Positions 9,858-19,789 are shown, counted from the whole stretch's first letter. The stretch: DNA of 62,355 bases, filler included, from a bacterium (GCA_037439705.1; 14 parts of 14 records of this genome joined end to end with filler, not necessarily neighbours in it), one strand, 5' to 3'. The notes: generated by a model from the letters alone, not told the origin. Numbers and translations are program-made.

Positions 9858-10258
9858 TAATTAGACGGGAGGAAAAAATCGCTCTGAGGAATATCCGTAT
9901 GGAAAAAGCGATGGAATTTTTTAGAGATGCACAGGCGAATTTTAAGGAGAAACGATACCGGTCATCTGTAAACAGAGCTTATTATGCTGTTCTAAATGCG
10001 ATGAGGTCAATTCTTATTCTTGAAGGTGCAAACCCCAAAACCCATGAGGGAGTTATTACAGTCTTGAGCTTAAAATTTATAAATACAGGACTCCTTCCCG
10101 CAGAGGTTATGAAAGGATTCAAAACACTTCTTGCAAGGAGAACAGATGTTGATTACGGAGATTTTGATGACATAAAGCGAGAGGATGCAAAGGATTCATT
10201 AAAAATTGCAGAGGAAATTATCAATATTGTGAATAAAAAAAGAAAAATACTTATATAA
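9854..10258 (+). CDS. HEPN domain protein (MNT-HEPN pair)
   Basis: NRAYYA, PKTHEGVI, RRTDVDY motifs; ATGA overlap with MNT. Confidence 0.9.
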   Translation: MIIRREEKIALRNIRMEKAMEFFRDAQANFKEKRYRSSVNRAYYAVLNAMRSILILEGANPKTHEGVITVLSLKFINTGLLPAEVMKGFKTLLARRTDVDYGDFDDIKREDAKDSLKIAEEIINIVNKKRKILI

Positions 10259-10315
10259 AAATAATTTTATGAGATGCCATTACACCCCTGGTATATATCT
10301 AAAGAGTTCATTTTC

Positions 10316-10344
10316 TTGACAAACCTGAGAAATACCTGTAAACT
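10316..10344 (+). promoter_or_regulatory. Sigma70-type promoter for the SPFH operon
   Basis: TTGACA-N17-TAAACT, then AGGAGG SD before ATG 10367. Confidence 0.65.
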
Positions 10345-10366
10345 TGAATAAAAAAGGAGGTGTAAT

Positions 10367-11164
10367 ATGAGCGGATGGATACTTGTCCTTGTTGTTATCG
10401 TTGTAGTTCTTCTTTCAGGAGTGAAATGGCTTTATGAATATGAAAGGGGAGTAATTTTTACACTCGGAAGATTGAGATCAAAGCCTAAGGGACCGGGGCT
10501 CATTTATGTATGGCCACTCATTCAGAGGCTTTACAAGGTAAGTTTGAGAACAGTTGTGCTTGATGTTCCTCCGCAGGATGTCATAACGAGAGACAATGTT
10601 TCTGTAAAGGTAAACGCAGTTGTCTATTTCAGGGTTCTTGAACCGAATAAGGCAATGACGGAGGTGGAAAATTATCTGTATGCGACATCCCAGCTTTCCC
10701 AGACCACATTGAGAAGTGTTTGTGGCGAGGCTGAACTTGATGAACTCCTTGCCCATCGTGAGAAGATAAATATGAAGCTTCAGGAAATTCTTGACAGGCA
10801 CACAGACCCATGGGGAATAAAGGTTTCCGCAGTTGAACTCAAACATATAGACCTTCCACCTGAGATGCAGAGGGCAATGGCAAAGCAGGCTGAGGCGGAG
10901 AGGGAAAGAAGGGCAAAGGTGATAAGTGCAGAGGGTGAATATCAGGCAGCAGAAAAGCTTTCTATGGCATCAGAGATAATATCAAGACATCCGCTGGCAA
11001 TTCAGTTGAGGTTCCTGCAGACTCTTACCGAGATAGCTTCTGAAAAGAATTCAACAACCATTTTTCCTGTTCCAATAGAACTCTTCACCCCCTTTGTGAA
11101 TATTATGACCAAAGCGATGGAGGAAAACATAAGGAAGAAGCTGGAAGAGGAATCAAAGAAGTAA
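10367..11164 (+). CDS. SPFH/stomatin-like (slipin) protein
   Basis: [36 protein letters not shown]. Confidence 0.95.
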   Translation: MSGWILVLVVIVVVLLSGVKWLYEYERGVIFTLGRLRSKPKGPGLIYVWPLIQRLYKVSLRTVVLDVPPQDVITRDNVSVKVNAVVYFRVLEPNKAMTEVENYLYATSQLSQTTLRSVCGEAELDELLAHREKINMKLQEILDRHTDPWGIKVSAVELKHIDLPPEMQRAMAKQAEAERERRAKVISAEGEYQAAEKLSMASEIISRHPLAIQLRFLQTLTEIASEKNSTTIFPVPIELFTPFVNIMTKAMEENIRKKLEEESKK

Positions 11165-11168
11165 TTCC

Positions 11169-12773
11169 ATGCTGACCATCCTCTTCTTTTCTCTTTTTCT
11201 CATAATGCTGACTTCATATTTCCTTTACGGTTCTTTTCTATCAAAAAATTTTCAAATTGATGATTCAAGACAAACGCCATCTCACACTATGAATGATGGA
11301 GTTGATTATGTGCCAGCTCCCAGAGCAGTTCTTTTCGGACATCACTTTTCTTCAATTGCAGGTGCAGGTCCAATAATAGGTCCTATAATTGCAGGAATCA
11401 GTTTCGGATGGTTGCCTGTTCTTCTCTGGATAGTGATTGGTTCAATATTCATTGGAGGGGTTCACGATTTTTCGGTTCTTGTCTCCTCAATGAGACACAG
11501 GGGTGATTCAATAGCAAATATAGCAGGGAGATACATAAACGAAAGAGGAAGAAAGGGCTTTTTTGTGTTTGTCTGGTTCGCACTTATTTATGTAATTGCA
11601 ATTTTTACCGACATAACCGCTGAGACCTTTGTTGAAAACGGGGGAATTGCTACATCATCCATATTATACATATTTTTAGCTATTCTTTTTGGCCTGTCCA
11701 TTTATAAATTCAAAATCACTCCTTTTATAGGCTCTCTTATTTTTGTTAGTTTCGTTTTTGTCGGAATATGGCTTGGGCAATTGATGCCAATCACACTTCC
11801 ATCAAAAAAAATGTGGTCCATCATACTTTTGATCTATTGTTTTTTTGCATCAGTTCTCCCAGTATGGTTTCTCCTTCAGCCCAGGGACTACCTTTCATCT
11901 TATCTTCTCTATGCATCTGTTCTCGCAGGGATTCTTGGAATCCTTTCTGGAAGATTTGATATAAAGTTTTCATCATTTAAAGGGTTTAATTCTCCTCAAG
12001 GGGAATATCTTTTCCCAATGCTCTTCATTACTGTTGCCTGTGGTGCAATTTCTGGATTTCATTCCCTTGTTGCTTCAGGAACCACTTCAAAACAGATATC
12101 AAAGGAAAGTCATGCAAAATTTATTGCTTACGGTGGAATGCTCTTTGAAGGAATTGTTGCTCTCATTGCTCTTTCAGGGGTTATGATGTTTGGAGGAGAG
12201 TTTTTAAAGGATAAAGGACCAATTCAAATCTATTCCATTGCCATGGGAAAATTTTTTGAAAAAATAGGGCTTTCTGAAAATTTCGGAAGCGCTTTTGGTT
12301 TTCTTGCCTTATCAACCTTTGTTCTTACAACCCTTGATACCGCCGCAAGGATTGCCAGATTTATCCTTCAGGAGTTCATGGGTGGGATAGGGAAGGTGAA
12401 CCGATATCTTGCCACTTTCTTGACCCTCATACTTCCCGCAGTCCTCGTATTTATGAAATTTAAAGACCAGTCTGGAAACTTGATTCCTGCTTGGAAGGCT
12501 ATATGGCCGGCTTTCGGGACAAGCAATCAATTGCTTGCTGCTTTAGCTCTTTTGACCATCTATGCGTGGACGAGAAAAAACAGATGGAAAAACATTCACA
12601 TTCTTTTTCCAATGATATTTATGTTCTTAACAACCCTAACAGCCCTTTTTATTTTGATCCTCAAATTTAAATTCTCCGTGGTTGGAATAATTGCGGTTAT
12701 TCTATTTCTTTTAGCAATCTTCCTTCTGTTTGACACAGGTTTTTCAATGGTTTATAATAAAAAACATGAATAG
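11169..12773 (+). CDS. cstA: Carbon starvation protein A family transporter
   Basis: DGVDYVP, GHHFSSIAGAGPI, LLQPRDYL, ACGAISGFHSL. Confidence 0.95.
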   Translation: MLTILFFSLFLIMLTSYFLYGSFLSKNFQIDDSRQTPSHTMNDGVDYVPAPRAVLFGHHFSSIAGAGPIIGPIIAGISFGWLPVLLWIVIGSIFIGGVHDFSVLVSSMRHRGDSIANIAGRYINERGRKGFFVFVWFALIYVIAIFTDITAETFVENGGIATSSILYIFLAILFGLSIYKFKITPFIGSLIFVSFVFVGIWLGQLMPITLPSKKMWSIILLIYCFFASVLPVWFLLQPRDYLSSYLLYASVLAGILGILSGRFDIKFSSFKGFNSPQGEYLFPMLFITVACGAISGFHSLVASGTTSKQISKESHAKFIAYGGMLFEGIVALIALSGVMMFGGEFLKDKGPIQIYSIAMGKFFEKIGLSENFGSAFGFLALSTFVLTTLDTAARIARFILQEFMGGIGKVNRYLATFLTLILPAVLVFMKFKDQSGNLIPAWKAIWPAFGTSNQLLAALALLTIYAWTRKNRWKNIHILFPMIFMFLTTLTALFILILKFKFSVVGIIAVILFLLAIFLLFDTGFSMVYNKKHE

Positions 12774-13819
12774 AAAGGAATTCCTCGCAATGATAGGAGG
12801 GATGTGGATTTTTGGGTTTTTTTCTGCGATAAGCGAAACCAGGTTTGTAGAGGAGAGCACATCAGGGGGTGAAAAGGTAGATGTGGATTTTCTGAAAAGG
12901 AAGGCAGAAGAAGGACAGGTTTCTATGAAGGAAGCAGACTTTTATGAGCCTTTTGAAGAAAAAAATCGTCAAATGTAAACTCTGTCCGAAGGAGTGCAGG
13001 CTTCTTCCCGGAAGAAGGGGGGATTGCAGGGTTCGCCTGAACATAGATGGGAAATTAATCACTCTTGTTTACGGAAAGGTAGGTGCGGTTCACATAGACC
13101 CGATTGAGAAGAAACCCATCTTTCACATGTTGCCCGGAACCCCCATTTTCTCCATTGCTACTGCTGGGTGCAATCTTCATTGTAAATTCTGTCAAAACTG
13201 GGAGATATCTCAGAATCCCCCGGAGAAACTGAACAATTCAGATATGCCACCCCATTTAGTTGTTTCCCTTGCCCTCAATTATGGATGCCCATCAATTGCC
13301 TACACCTATACAGAACCGGTTATCTTTTACGAATTCGTTAGAGATACAGCAATGCTTGCAAAGGAGAAGGGTTTGAGGAATGTTCTCGTGACTGCTGGTT
13401 TTATAAATGAAAAACCTCTGAGGGAACTTTGCAAATTTATTGATGCATCAAATACGGACCTTAAAAGTTTCAATGATGAATACTACCGAAAAATATGTGA
13501 CGGAAGGCTAAAAGATGTTTTGAATGCCCTTGTGATTCAAAAGGAAGAAGGTGTTTTGCTGGAGGTTACAAATTTAATACTTCCAACTCTGAATGACAGT
13601 GAAAAGGAAATAAGGGAGATGTGCCGGTGGATAGTGAGGAACCTTGGTTCTGAAACTCCACTTCATTTTTCAAGGTTTTATCCCATGTTCAAAATGCTTC
13701 ACCTTTATCCAACTCCCGAAAACACGCTTGAGAGGGCAAGAGATATTGCCCTTGAGGAAGGCTTAAAATTTGTTTATGTTGGCAATGTTCCGGGAACACC
13801 CTCTGAATGGACATACTGT
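12766..13819 (+). CDS. amrS: AmmeMemoRadiSam system radical SAM enzyme with apparent frameshift in the A-run near 12959-12965; 3' truncated
   Basis: CKLCPKEC, DPIEKKP, CNLHCKFC radical SAM motif, AYTYTEP; upstream ORF KEADFYEPFEEK joins IVKCKLC if one A is removed. Confidence 0.88.
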
Positions 13820-13919
13820 NNNNNNNNNNNNNNNNNNNNNNNNNNNNNNNNNNNNNNNNNNNNTTAATTAATTAANNNNNNNNNNNNNNNNNNNNNNNNN
13901 NNNNNNNNNNNNNNNNNNN
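13820..13919. other. Artificial contig linker
   Basis: 44 N + TTAATTAATTAA + 44 N. Confidence 0.99.
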
Positions 13920-13920
13920 A

Positions 13921-13980
13921 TTTTTCGGAGGAGCTCTTCAGATGTGGAAGATAATGAAAAGGGCGGAAGATGGGAAGTGA
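13921..13980 (+). CDS. Probable C-terminus of AtpZ/AtpI family protein
   Basis: FFGGALQMWKIMKRAEDGK* directly upstream of the F0 genes; call rests mainly on position. Confidence 0.45.
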   Translation, partial: FFGGALQMWKIMKRAEDGK

Positions 13981-14356
13981 GTTTATGAAAAAGGGAGAGA
14001 TATTCTTGTTTTTGCTATGTATTTCTGCTTCTTTCATAATCTTTTTTATATTTTCTTTTTTTCCCATGCTTTCATTCTTTGCAGGATTTTCACTGCTGAT
14101 GGTGAATTATTATCTTTTTAAGGGAGTTTTTCTTTCAAAAAGAAAAAGGTGGTTCTTCATAATTTTTTTCTTTTTCAAGTTGGCTTTTAATCTTGCGTTC
14201 ATTTTTCTTGCACTCAAATTTTTAAGAAAAGAGTTCTTTGTGGCGGGTATCCTTACATTTCCATTTTTTCTTGCCTTTAGTTTCTTGGTTTTGTATTCTC
14301 TCTCCTATGAGTGGAAAAGAACCGGAAACCCTTCTCGGGCATCTTCCCTTTCTTAA
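13970..14356 (+). CDS. atpI: ATP synthase subunit I-like membrane protein
   Basis: 4 hydrophobic segments, directly upstream of atpB. Confidence 0.65.
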   Translation: MGSEFMKKGEIFLFLLCISASFIIFFIFSFFPMLSFFAGFSLLMVNYYLFKGVFLSKRKRWFFIIFFFFKLAFNLAFIFLALKFLRKEFFVAGILTFPFFLAFSFLVLYSLSYEWKRTGNPSRASSLS

Positions 14357-15005
14357 GGAGATTCCTGTTCATACGCTCCATTCAATTTTAACTGCTATAA
14401 TCCTTTCAGGAATTTCTATTTACATTTTTATTAAACTCAAACGCCTGGATGATTATACGACGCCCGATGAAAAACCATCCATCAGAGGATTTTTTGAGTT
14501 CATAACACAATTCTTTTCCGATATACTTACTGGAATTGTGGGTGAGGAGGGGAAAAAGTTTGTCCCGTTCGTGACATCCATTTTTGTCTTCATCCTTTTT
14601 TCCAATCTTCTCGGACTCATTCCGGGCTTTTATCCTCCAACAATGAATATAAACACAAATGCTGGAATAGCAGGCTTTGTTTTTCTTTCATACAATTATT
14701 TCGGCTTCAGAGCGCACGGAATCTCTTACCTCAAGCAATTTCTCGGACCAATTCCATTGCTTGCATTCCTATTTCTCCCTGTAGAGATGATAAGCCACAT
14801 TTTCAGACCTGTCAGCCTCTCAATCAGGCTTTTTGGAAACATATTTGGTGACCATACAGCCCTTGAAACATTTACATCCCTTGTTCCAATTCTTGTTCCT
14901 TCTATCTTTATGCTTTTAGGACTTATCGTTTCAATAGTTCAGGCTTTTGTCTTCGCACTTCTTTCTGGCATATACATTTCTCTTGCTATATCCCATGAAC
15001 ATTAA
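14307..15005 (+). CDS. atpB: F0F1 ATP synthase subunit a
   Basis: NLLGLIPG, RPVSLSIRLFGNI, QAFVFALL; ATG 14307 preferred over 14238. Confidence 0.96.
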   Translation: MSGKEPETLLGHLPFLKEIPVHTLHSILTAIILSGISIYIFIKLKRLDDYTTPDEKPSIRGFFEFITQFFSDILTGIVGEEGKKFVPFVTSIFVFILFSNLLGLIPGFYPPTMNINTNAGIAGFVFLSYNYFGFRAHGISYLKQFLGPIPLLAFLFLPVEMISHIFRPVSLSIRLFGNIFGDHTALETFTSLVPILVPSIFMLLGLIVSIVQAFVFALLSGIYISLAISHEH

Positions 15006-15077
15006 AATGGGTAAAGTCTTGACAACACTTTTGAGGAAATTAATATGAATTTGAAAAAGATAAAAGGAGGTAAAAGG

Positions 15078-15407
15078 ATGAGAAAGGTTATTGAAAAGGT
15101 GATGGTTGTTTCTTTTTTACTTTTTGTTCCAGCGATATGTTTTGCAGCAGAAGAAGGAACTCAGGGGGTTGAGAATGCGTCAATAAAGACTGCTCTTGCC
15201 ATAGCGAGTGGACTCGCCATAGCAATTGCTGCATTTGGTGGAGCTTTCGGGCAGAGCAGAGCAATTACAGCTGCGATGGAGGGAATCTCAAGAAATCCCG
15301 AGGCTCAGCCAAGGATGTTTGTGCTCCTCATTCTTGGACTTGCCTTCATAGAATCCTTGGTTATCTACGCATTTGTTATAAGCCTTATGCTTCAGGGAAA
15401 GATATAA
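15078..15407 (+). CDS. atpE: F0F1 ATP synthase subunit c with N-terminal leader
   Basis: RNPEA loop, IESLVIY; AGGAGG SD before ATG 15078. Confidence 0.96.
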   Translation: MRKVIEKVMVVSFLLFVPAICFAAEEGTQGVENASIKTALAIASGLAIAIAAFGGAFGQSRAITAAMEGISRNPEAQPRMFVLLILGLAFIESLVIYAFVISLMLQGKI

Positions 15408-15418
15408 AAGGTATAATT

Positions 15419-15841
15419 ATGGGGAGGGAAATTATAAAATGGGGAGGGATTTTTTTGATTTTTTTGAGCTGTATAAAAGGTGTTCAATCTTTTAAAAGGC
15501 TTGATGAAATTTTTATTTACGAAAGGGTTATAAAGGCAAAAGCGGCTAAGGATGTTATCCTCAAAGTAGAAGGGGAGGGCGATTACTCTATATATGTTAT
15601 ATGGAGAAAGGGACTTTTTGGTGAGGAGAATAAACATGAGATGAAGAGAGAGGGAAAACACTGGATTTTTAAATTAGATGGTTCAGGAATGGATAAAGGA
15701 GATGTTATTTTTTTCTGGTATGAGGTCTGGAAGGATGGGGAAAGAATTGGAACACTTCCGGATAACAGGGGAAGGGAAAAATTGCTTCTTGAAGGAAAAA
15801 TACACTGGAAGGATATGATTGGAAGAATAGAGTTTAAATAA
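15419..15841 (+). CDS. Hypothetical lipoprotein-like protein
   Basis: Hydrophobic leader ending FLSC (lipobox-like), beta-rich body. Confidence 0.6.
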   Translation: MGREIIKWGGIFLIFLSCIKGVQSFKRLDEIFIYERVIKAKAAKDVILKVEGEGDYSIYVIWRKGLFGEENKHEMKREGKHWIFKLDGSGMDKGDVIFFWYEVWKDGERIGTLPDNRGREKLLLEGKIHWKDMIGRIEFK

Positions 15842-15880
15842 ACTACATTTTGAAAGCAAAAATCAAATTTTGTAATTTTA

Positions 15881-15950
15881 TGACAATTTTTGTCAAAAAT
15901 TAACATTTTGTTAACTATAAAATAAAAAATTTGCTGGCATAAAATTTGTA
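15881..15950 (+). promoter_or_regulatory. Two palindromic sites followed by a sigma54-like -24/-12 element
   Basis: TGACAA-TTT-TTGTCA (15881-15895), TTAACA-TTT-TGTTAA (15900-15914), TGGCATAAAATTTGTA (15935-15950; GT instead of GC at -12). Confidence 0.5.
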
Positions 15951-15960
15951 TAATTTTCTC

Positions 15961-16011
15961 AAAACCCCTCTCCCACAATCCCTTAAAGCCCACCGAAAGG
16001 GGGGCTATTTT
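15961..16011 (+). ncRNA. Candidate C-rich small RNA ending in a GAAA-loop terminator hairpin
   Basis: CCCCTCTCCC tract, hairpin AGCCCACC-GAAA-GGGGGGCT + ATTTT, starting about 12 nt after the sigma54-like element. Confidence 0.35.
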
Positions 16012-16112
16012 AAAAATCAAAATGAAAAATGATTACTTTTAAGGAATTAGGAAGTGGCGAAATTCTGGTAGAAATCTTGATTATTTAGATTGAATAATGT
16101 TTAATAGATTTC

Positions 16113-16961
16113 ATGTTTTTTCAAGAGGTGATACATAAACTCAATCAGTTCTGGATGAAGGAGGGGTGTGCAATTCTTCAACCATATGACCTTGAAGTAG
16201 GTGCTGGAACATTTCATCCTGCTACATTTTTTGGAGTTCTCGGGCAGAAACCGTGGAAGGTAGCTTATGTTCAGCCATCAAGGAGACCAACAGATGGAAG
16301 GTATGGAGAAAATCCAAACAGACTCCAGCATTACTATCAGTATCAGGTAATAATAAAGCCAGCGCCTGAAGATTCTCAGGACATTTATATAAGGAGCCTT
16401 GAATATCTTGGAATAAAAGTGAAAGAAAACGACCTGAGGTTTGTTGAAGATGACTGGGAATCTCCAACCCTTGGAGCATGGGGAGTTGGATGGGAAGTAT
16501 GGTTGAACGGGATGGAAATTACACAGTTTACTTACTTTCAAGGAATGGGAGGGATTGAACTGAAACAGATTTCTCTTGAGATTACATACGGACTTGAAAG
16601 GCTCTGCATGTTCCTTCAAAAGGTTGAGAATGTTTATGAGATGAAATGGAAAAATGACCTTACCTATGGAGATGTTCATAAGAAAGGAGAATTTGAATGG
16701 TCAAGGTTTAACTTTGAACTTGCAGATGTGAATAAACTAAAAAACCTCTTTGATATATACAGAGAGGAATCCGAAAGCCTTCTTAAAAATCGTCTCATTT
16801 TGCCTTCCTACCATATTCTTATAAAATGTTCGCACATCTTTAACATCCTTGACGCAAGGGGATTTTTCAGTACTCAGGAGAGAATAAGATATATAGGTAT
16901 GATAAGGGATATGGCAAAGAAAATTGCGGAGGCATATATTGAAGAAGGACCTTCTTATTGA
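16113..16961 (+). CDS. glyQ: Glycine-tRNA ligase alpha subunit
   Basis: [37 protein letters not shown]. Confidence 0.98.
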   Translation: MFFQEVIHKLNQFWMKEGCAILQPYDLEVGAGTFHPATFFGVLGQKPWKVAYVQPSRRPTDGRYGENPNRLQHYYQYQVIIKPAPEDSQDIYIRSLEYLGIKVKENDLRFVEDDWESPTLGAWGVGWEVWLNGMEITQFTYFQGMGGIELKQISLEITYGLERLCMFLQKVENVYEMKWKNDLTYGDVHKKGEFEWSRFNFELADVNKLKNLFDIYREESESLLKNRLILPSYHILIKCSHIFNILDARGFFSTQERIRYIGMIRDMAKKIAEAYIEEGPSY

Positions 16962-18376
16962 AATAGGTGTAGAAGAGATACCCTATCTTTACATGGAACC
17001 AGCAATATCGTTTATAAAAACGAAATTTCCGGAGATGCTGAAGGAAGAAGGAATAAATTTTGAAAATTTTGAGATTTTTGCAGCTAATAGAAGATTTGTC
17101 CTTCACTTTAAAAACCTTGAAGAGTATCAGAAGCCAAAGGAGATTGAAATAATTGGTCCCCCCGCAAAAATTTCCTTTAATCCAGACGGTTCCCTTTCTG
17201 AGGTTGGAAAAGGTTTTCTTAAAAAACATGGGCTCTCTCGTGATTCTTTAAAAATTGTAAAAAAGGAAAAAGGAGAGTATGTTGTCGGGATAAAGGTTGA
17301 AAAGGGTAAGCACATAAAGGAGATTTTTCCATATCTTTTGAAGGAGCTTATAACCTCAATTCCCTTTAAAAAGACGATGAGGTGGGGAAAGGAGATAAAA
17401 TTTGTAAGACCTGTAAGATGGTTACTCATTGTCTTCGGTAACCAGCCCTTAAAAATTGACCTCGGTTGGATAAAATCTTCAGATTTTACATTCGGGAACA
17501 GACTTCTTCATCCTTCAAAAATAAAGGTGAAATCTATAAAAGACTACTTTTCTCGTTTAAGAAAAGCAGGTGTTATAATTTCAGAAGAAGAAAGAAGAAA
17601 AATTTTGATAGATAAACTTGAAAGACTTAAAGCCCGCTATGGATGGGATGTTTCATTAAAGGAACAGCTTGTAAAGAGAATTGTGTTTTCCCTTGAAGCA
17701 TTGCACATATTCACGGGAAGATTTGATGAGAAATTTCTTGAATTGCCATCAGAAATTATAGAAGGAGTTCTTGAAAATCAGGTTTCTTTATTTAGTGTGA
17801 AGAAGGGTGAGAAGACCATTCCATATTTTATAGGATTTTCAAATAATAGGGTAAACAAAAACATAAAAAATGGTTATGAAAGGGTCGTTACCGCAAGGCT
17901 TGAGGATGCAATTTTTTACAGGGATGAGGACCTCAAAAAATCCATTGAGGAGCATCTTAAAAATACAGAAAGAATTGTGTATCATGAAAAGCTCGGAAGC
18001 CTTAAAGATAAGGTTGAGAGGTTAAAAGCTCTCGCTCTATTTCTCGCTGAAAAAATGTTTCCTGAACTTAATCCAAAATTGGTTGAAAAAGCAGCTATCT
18101 TTTCCCGTTTTGACCATGCTACCCGTTTAGGGATTGAGTTTCCTGAACATTGTGGAGTGATAGGAAGGTGGCTTGGAGGTTTTTATAATCTTGAGGAAGA
18201 GGTGGGGGAAGCAATATATGAGCAGTATCTTCCACGGTTCTCGGGCGATGCACTTCCTAAAACTCCACTTGGTAAACTTCTCGCGATATCTGACAGGATA
18301 GATACTGTGTGTTCTCTTTTCTACGCCGGAGAAAGGCCAACCGGGAGCGAGGACCCTTTTGGAGTGAGAAGGGCTT
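16939..18376 (+). CDS. glyS: Glycine-tRNA ligase beta subunit, 3' truncated
   Basis: [34 protein letters not shown] start with GGAGG SD. Confidence 0.95.
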
Positions 18377-18476
18377 NNNNNNNNNNNNNNNNNNNNNNNN
18401 NNNNNNNNNNNNNNNNNNNNTTAATTAATTAANNNNNNNNNNNNNNNNNNNNNNNNNNNNNNNNNNNNNNNNNNNN
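18377..18476. other. Artificial contig linker
   Basis: 44 N + TTAATTAATTAA + 44 N. Confidence 0.99.
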
Positions 18477-18560
18477 TTCTTTTCTCACCTTCATAAACTA
18501 ATTAAATCATAAAAAATTAAACATGTCAACCAGGTGTATAATGGCGGAAGGGGGGTTGAA

Positions 18561-18680
18561 AAGTTAAGATATGCGCGACATTAAAGAGTGAGAGGAAGAG
18601 GTGAAACAAATCCCTTGGTTCAAAAAGCCCCTTAAATTTTCTCATTCAAACTCATAAAATGTCGCAAATGTATATAACTT
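18561..18680. repeat. 120-bp dispersed hairpin repeat, copy 1 (MITE-like)
   Basis: Ungapped 105/120 identity to 58507-58626 by manual alignment; imperfect terminal inverted repeats AAGTTA..GCGACATT / AATGTCGC..TAACTT. Confidence 0.9.
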
Positions 18681-18858
18681 GTAAATGGCCTTGATTATTT
18701 GTTTTGCTTTGTTATACATATGTTTAGTGGTAAACGATAACAAACTCTGGCAGGAGGTGAACCCGACGCCAAATAATGCCCGCCAAAAGTGGTATATACG
18801 AGGGATTCGCATATTTTCCTTTAAGCGAACGGGTAAGCAAAAATAAAATAGATGAAGG

Positions 18859-19789
18859 ATGATTAATAATATAAAAACATCGCATAAATTGATATTTGGA
18901 GATAGTGAGAACATGAAAGAACTGGAAGATGGCAGTGTGCACCTTGTAGTTACAAGTCCTCCATATTTTAACGCTCCTTTTGATTATCCTGACCTTTTTG
19001 AAAATTATGAGGCATATTTAGATAAAATGGCAAAGGTTGCAAAAAAACTAAAAGGGTAGTGGCTCAGGGAAGAGCGGTATGTATCGTTTGTGATGATACT
19101 TTAATAAAAGGAGAAAAGTATCCAGTCGTTGCAGACCTTACAAAAATTTACATTGAAAATGGGTTTATTTATCGTGATAGAATTACATGGATAAAACCAG
19201 AAGGTTATATTCGCATTAGCAGAAGAAGCGGAGTCATTTTACAACATCCATACCCGATGTACTTTTATCCTGACAACACTCAAGAAACAATTTTAATATT
19301 CCAAAATGGTAAATTTGATTACAAAAGTATTCCCGAGGAAGTAAAAGAACTATCAAAAATAGAGATTTCAGAATATCAAAAAGAAAAATGGTATTTAACA
19401 ACCTGGAATATAACTAATGTTTTACCTTTTAAAATTTTAAAAATAGACTTGAAAACGGTATAGCAGCTTTTCCCGAAGAAATACCGCGCAGACTTATAAA
19501 ACTCTTTTCGTATGTTAATGAGACTATTTTAGATCCTTCTATGGGTTCAGGCACAACAAATAAGGTAGCAGCAATGTTAAAAAGAAATAGTGTAGGATAT
19601 GAGATTGATTTGGAGTTGCTTGAAGTTGTTAAGGAAAAGATGAGGTTAAAACAAGGTTCTCTATTGGAGAAGGACTATGGAGTTGAAATAATCATCCGAG
19701 ATGATGCAAAACATCTGCGAACGGAATTACAAAGGAGGGTTAATAATCAAAAATCTGTCGTAAAAAATGGCCAAAAAAACGCAAGATAG
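18859..19789 (+). pseudogene. Beta-class N4-cytosine/N6-adenine DNA methyltransferase with two frameshifts
   Basis: Motif IV TSPPY precedes AFPEE and motif I LDPSMGSGTT; 1-nt loss near 19052-19055 and 8-bp duplication TTTTAAAA at 19427-19442. Confidence 0.92.

Noticed and set aside
10276-10292. 17-mer GCCATTACACCCCTGGT after the HEPN gene matches 18529-18545 in reverse (15/17), suggesting shared element ends
   Set aside because: Too short to exclude chance in 62 kb, and no partner end or TSD was found; revisit only if it recurs genome-wide.
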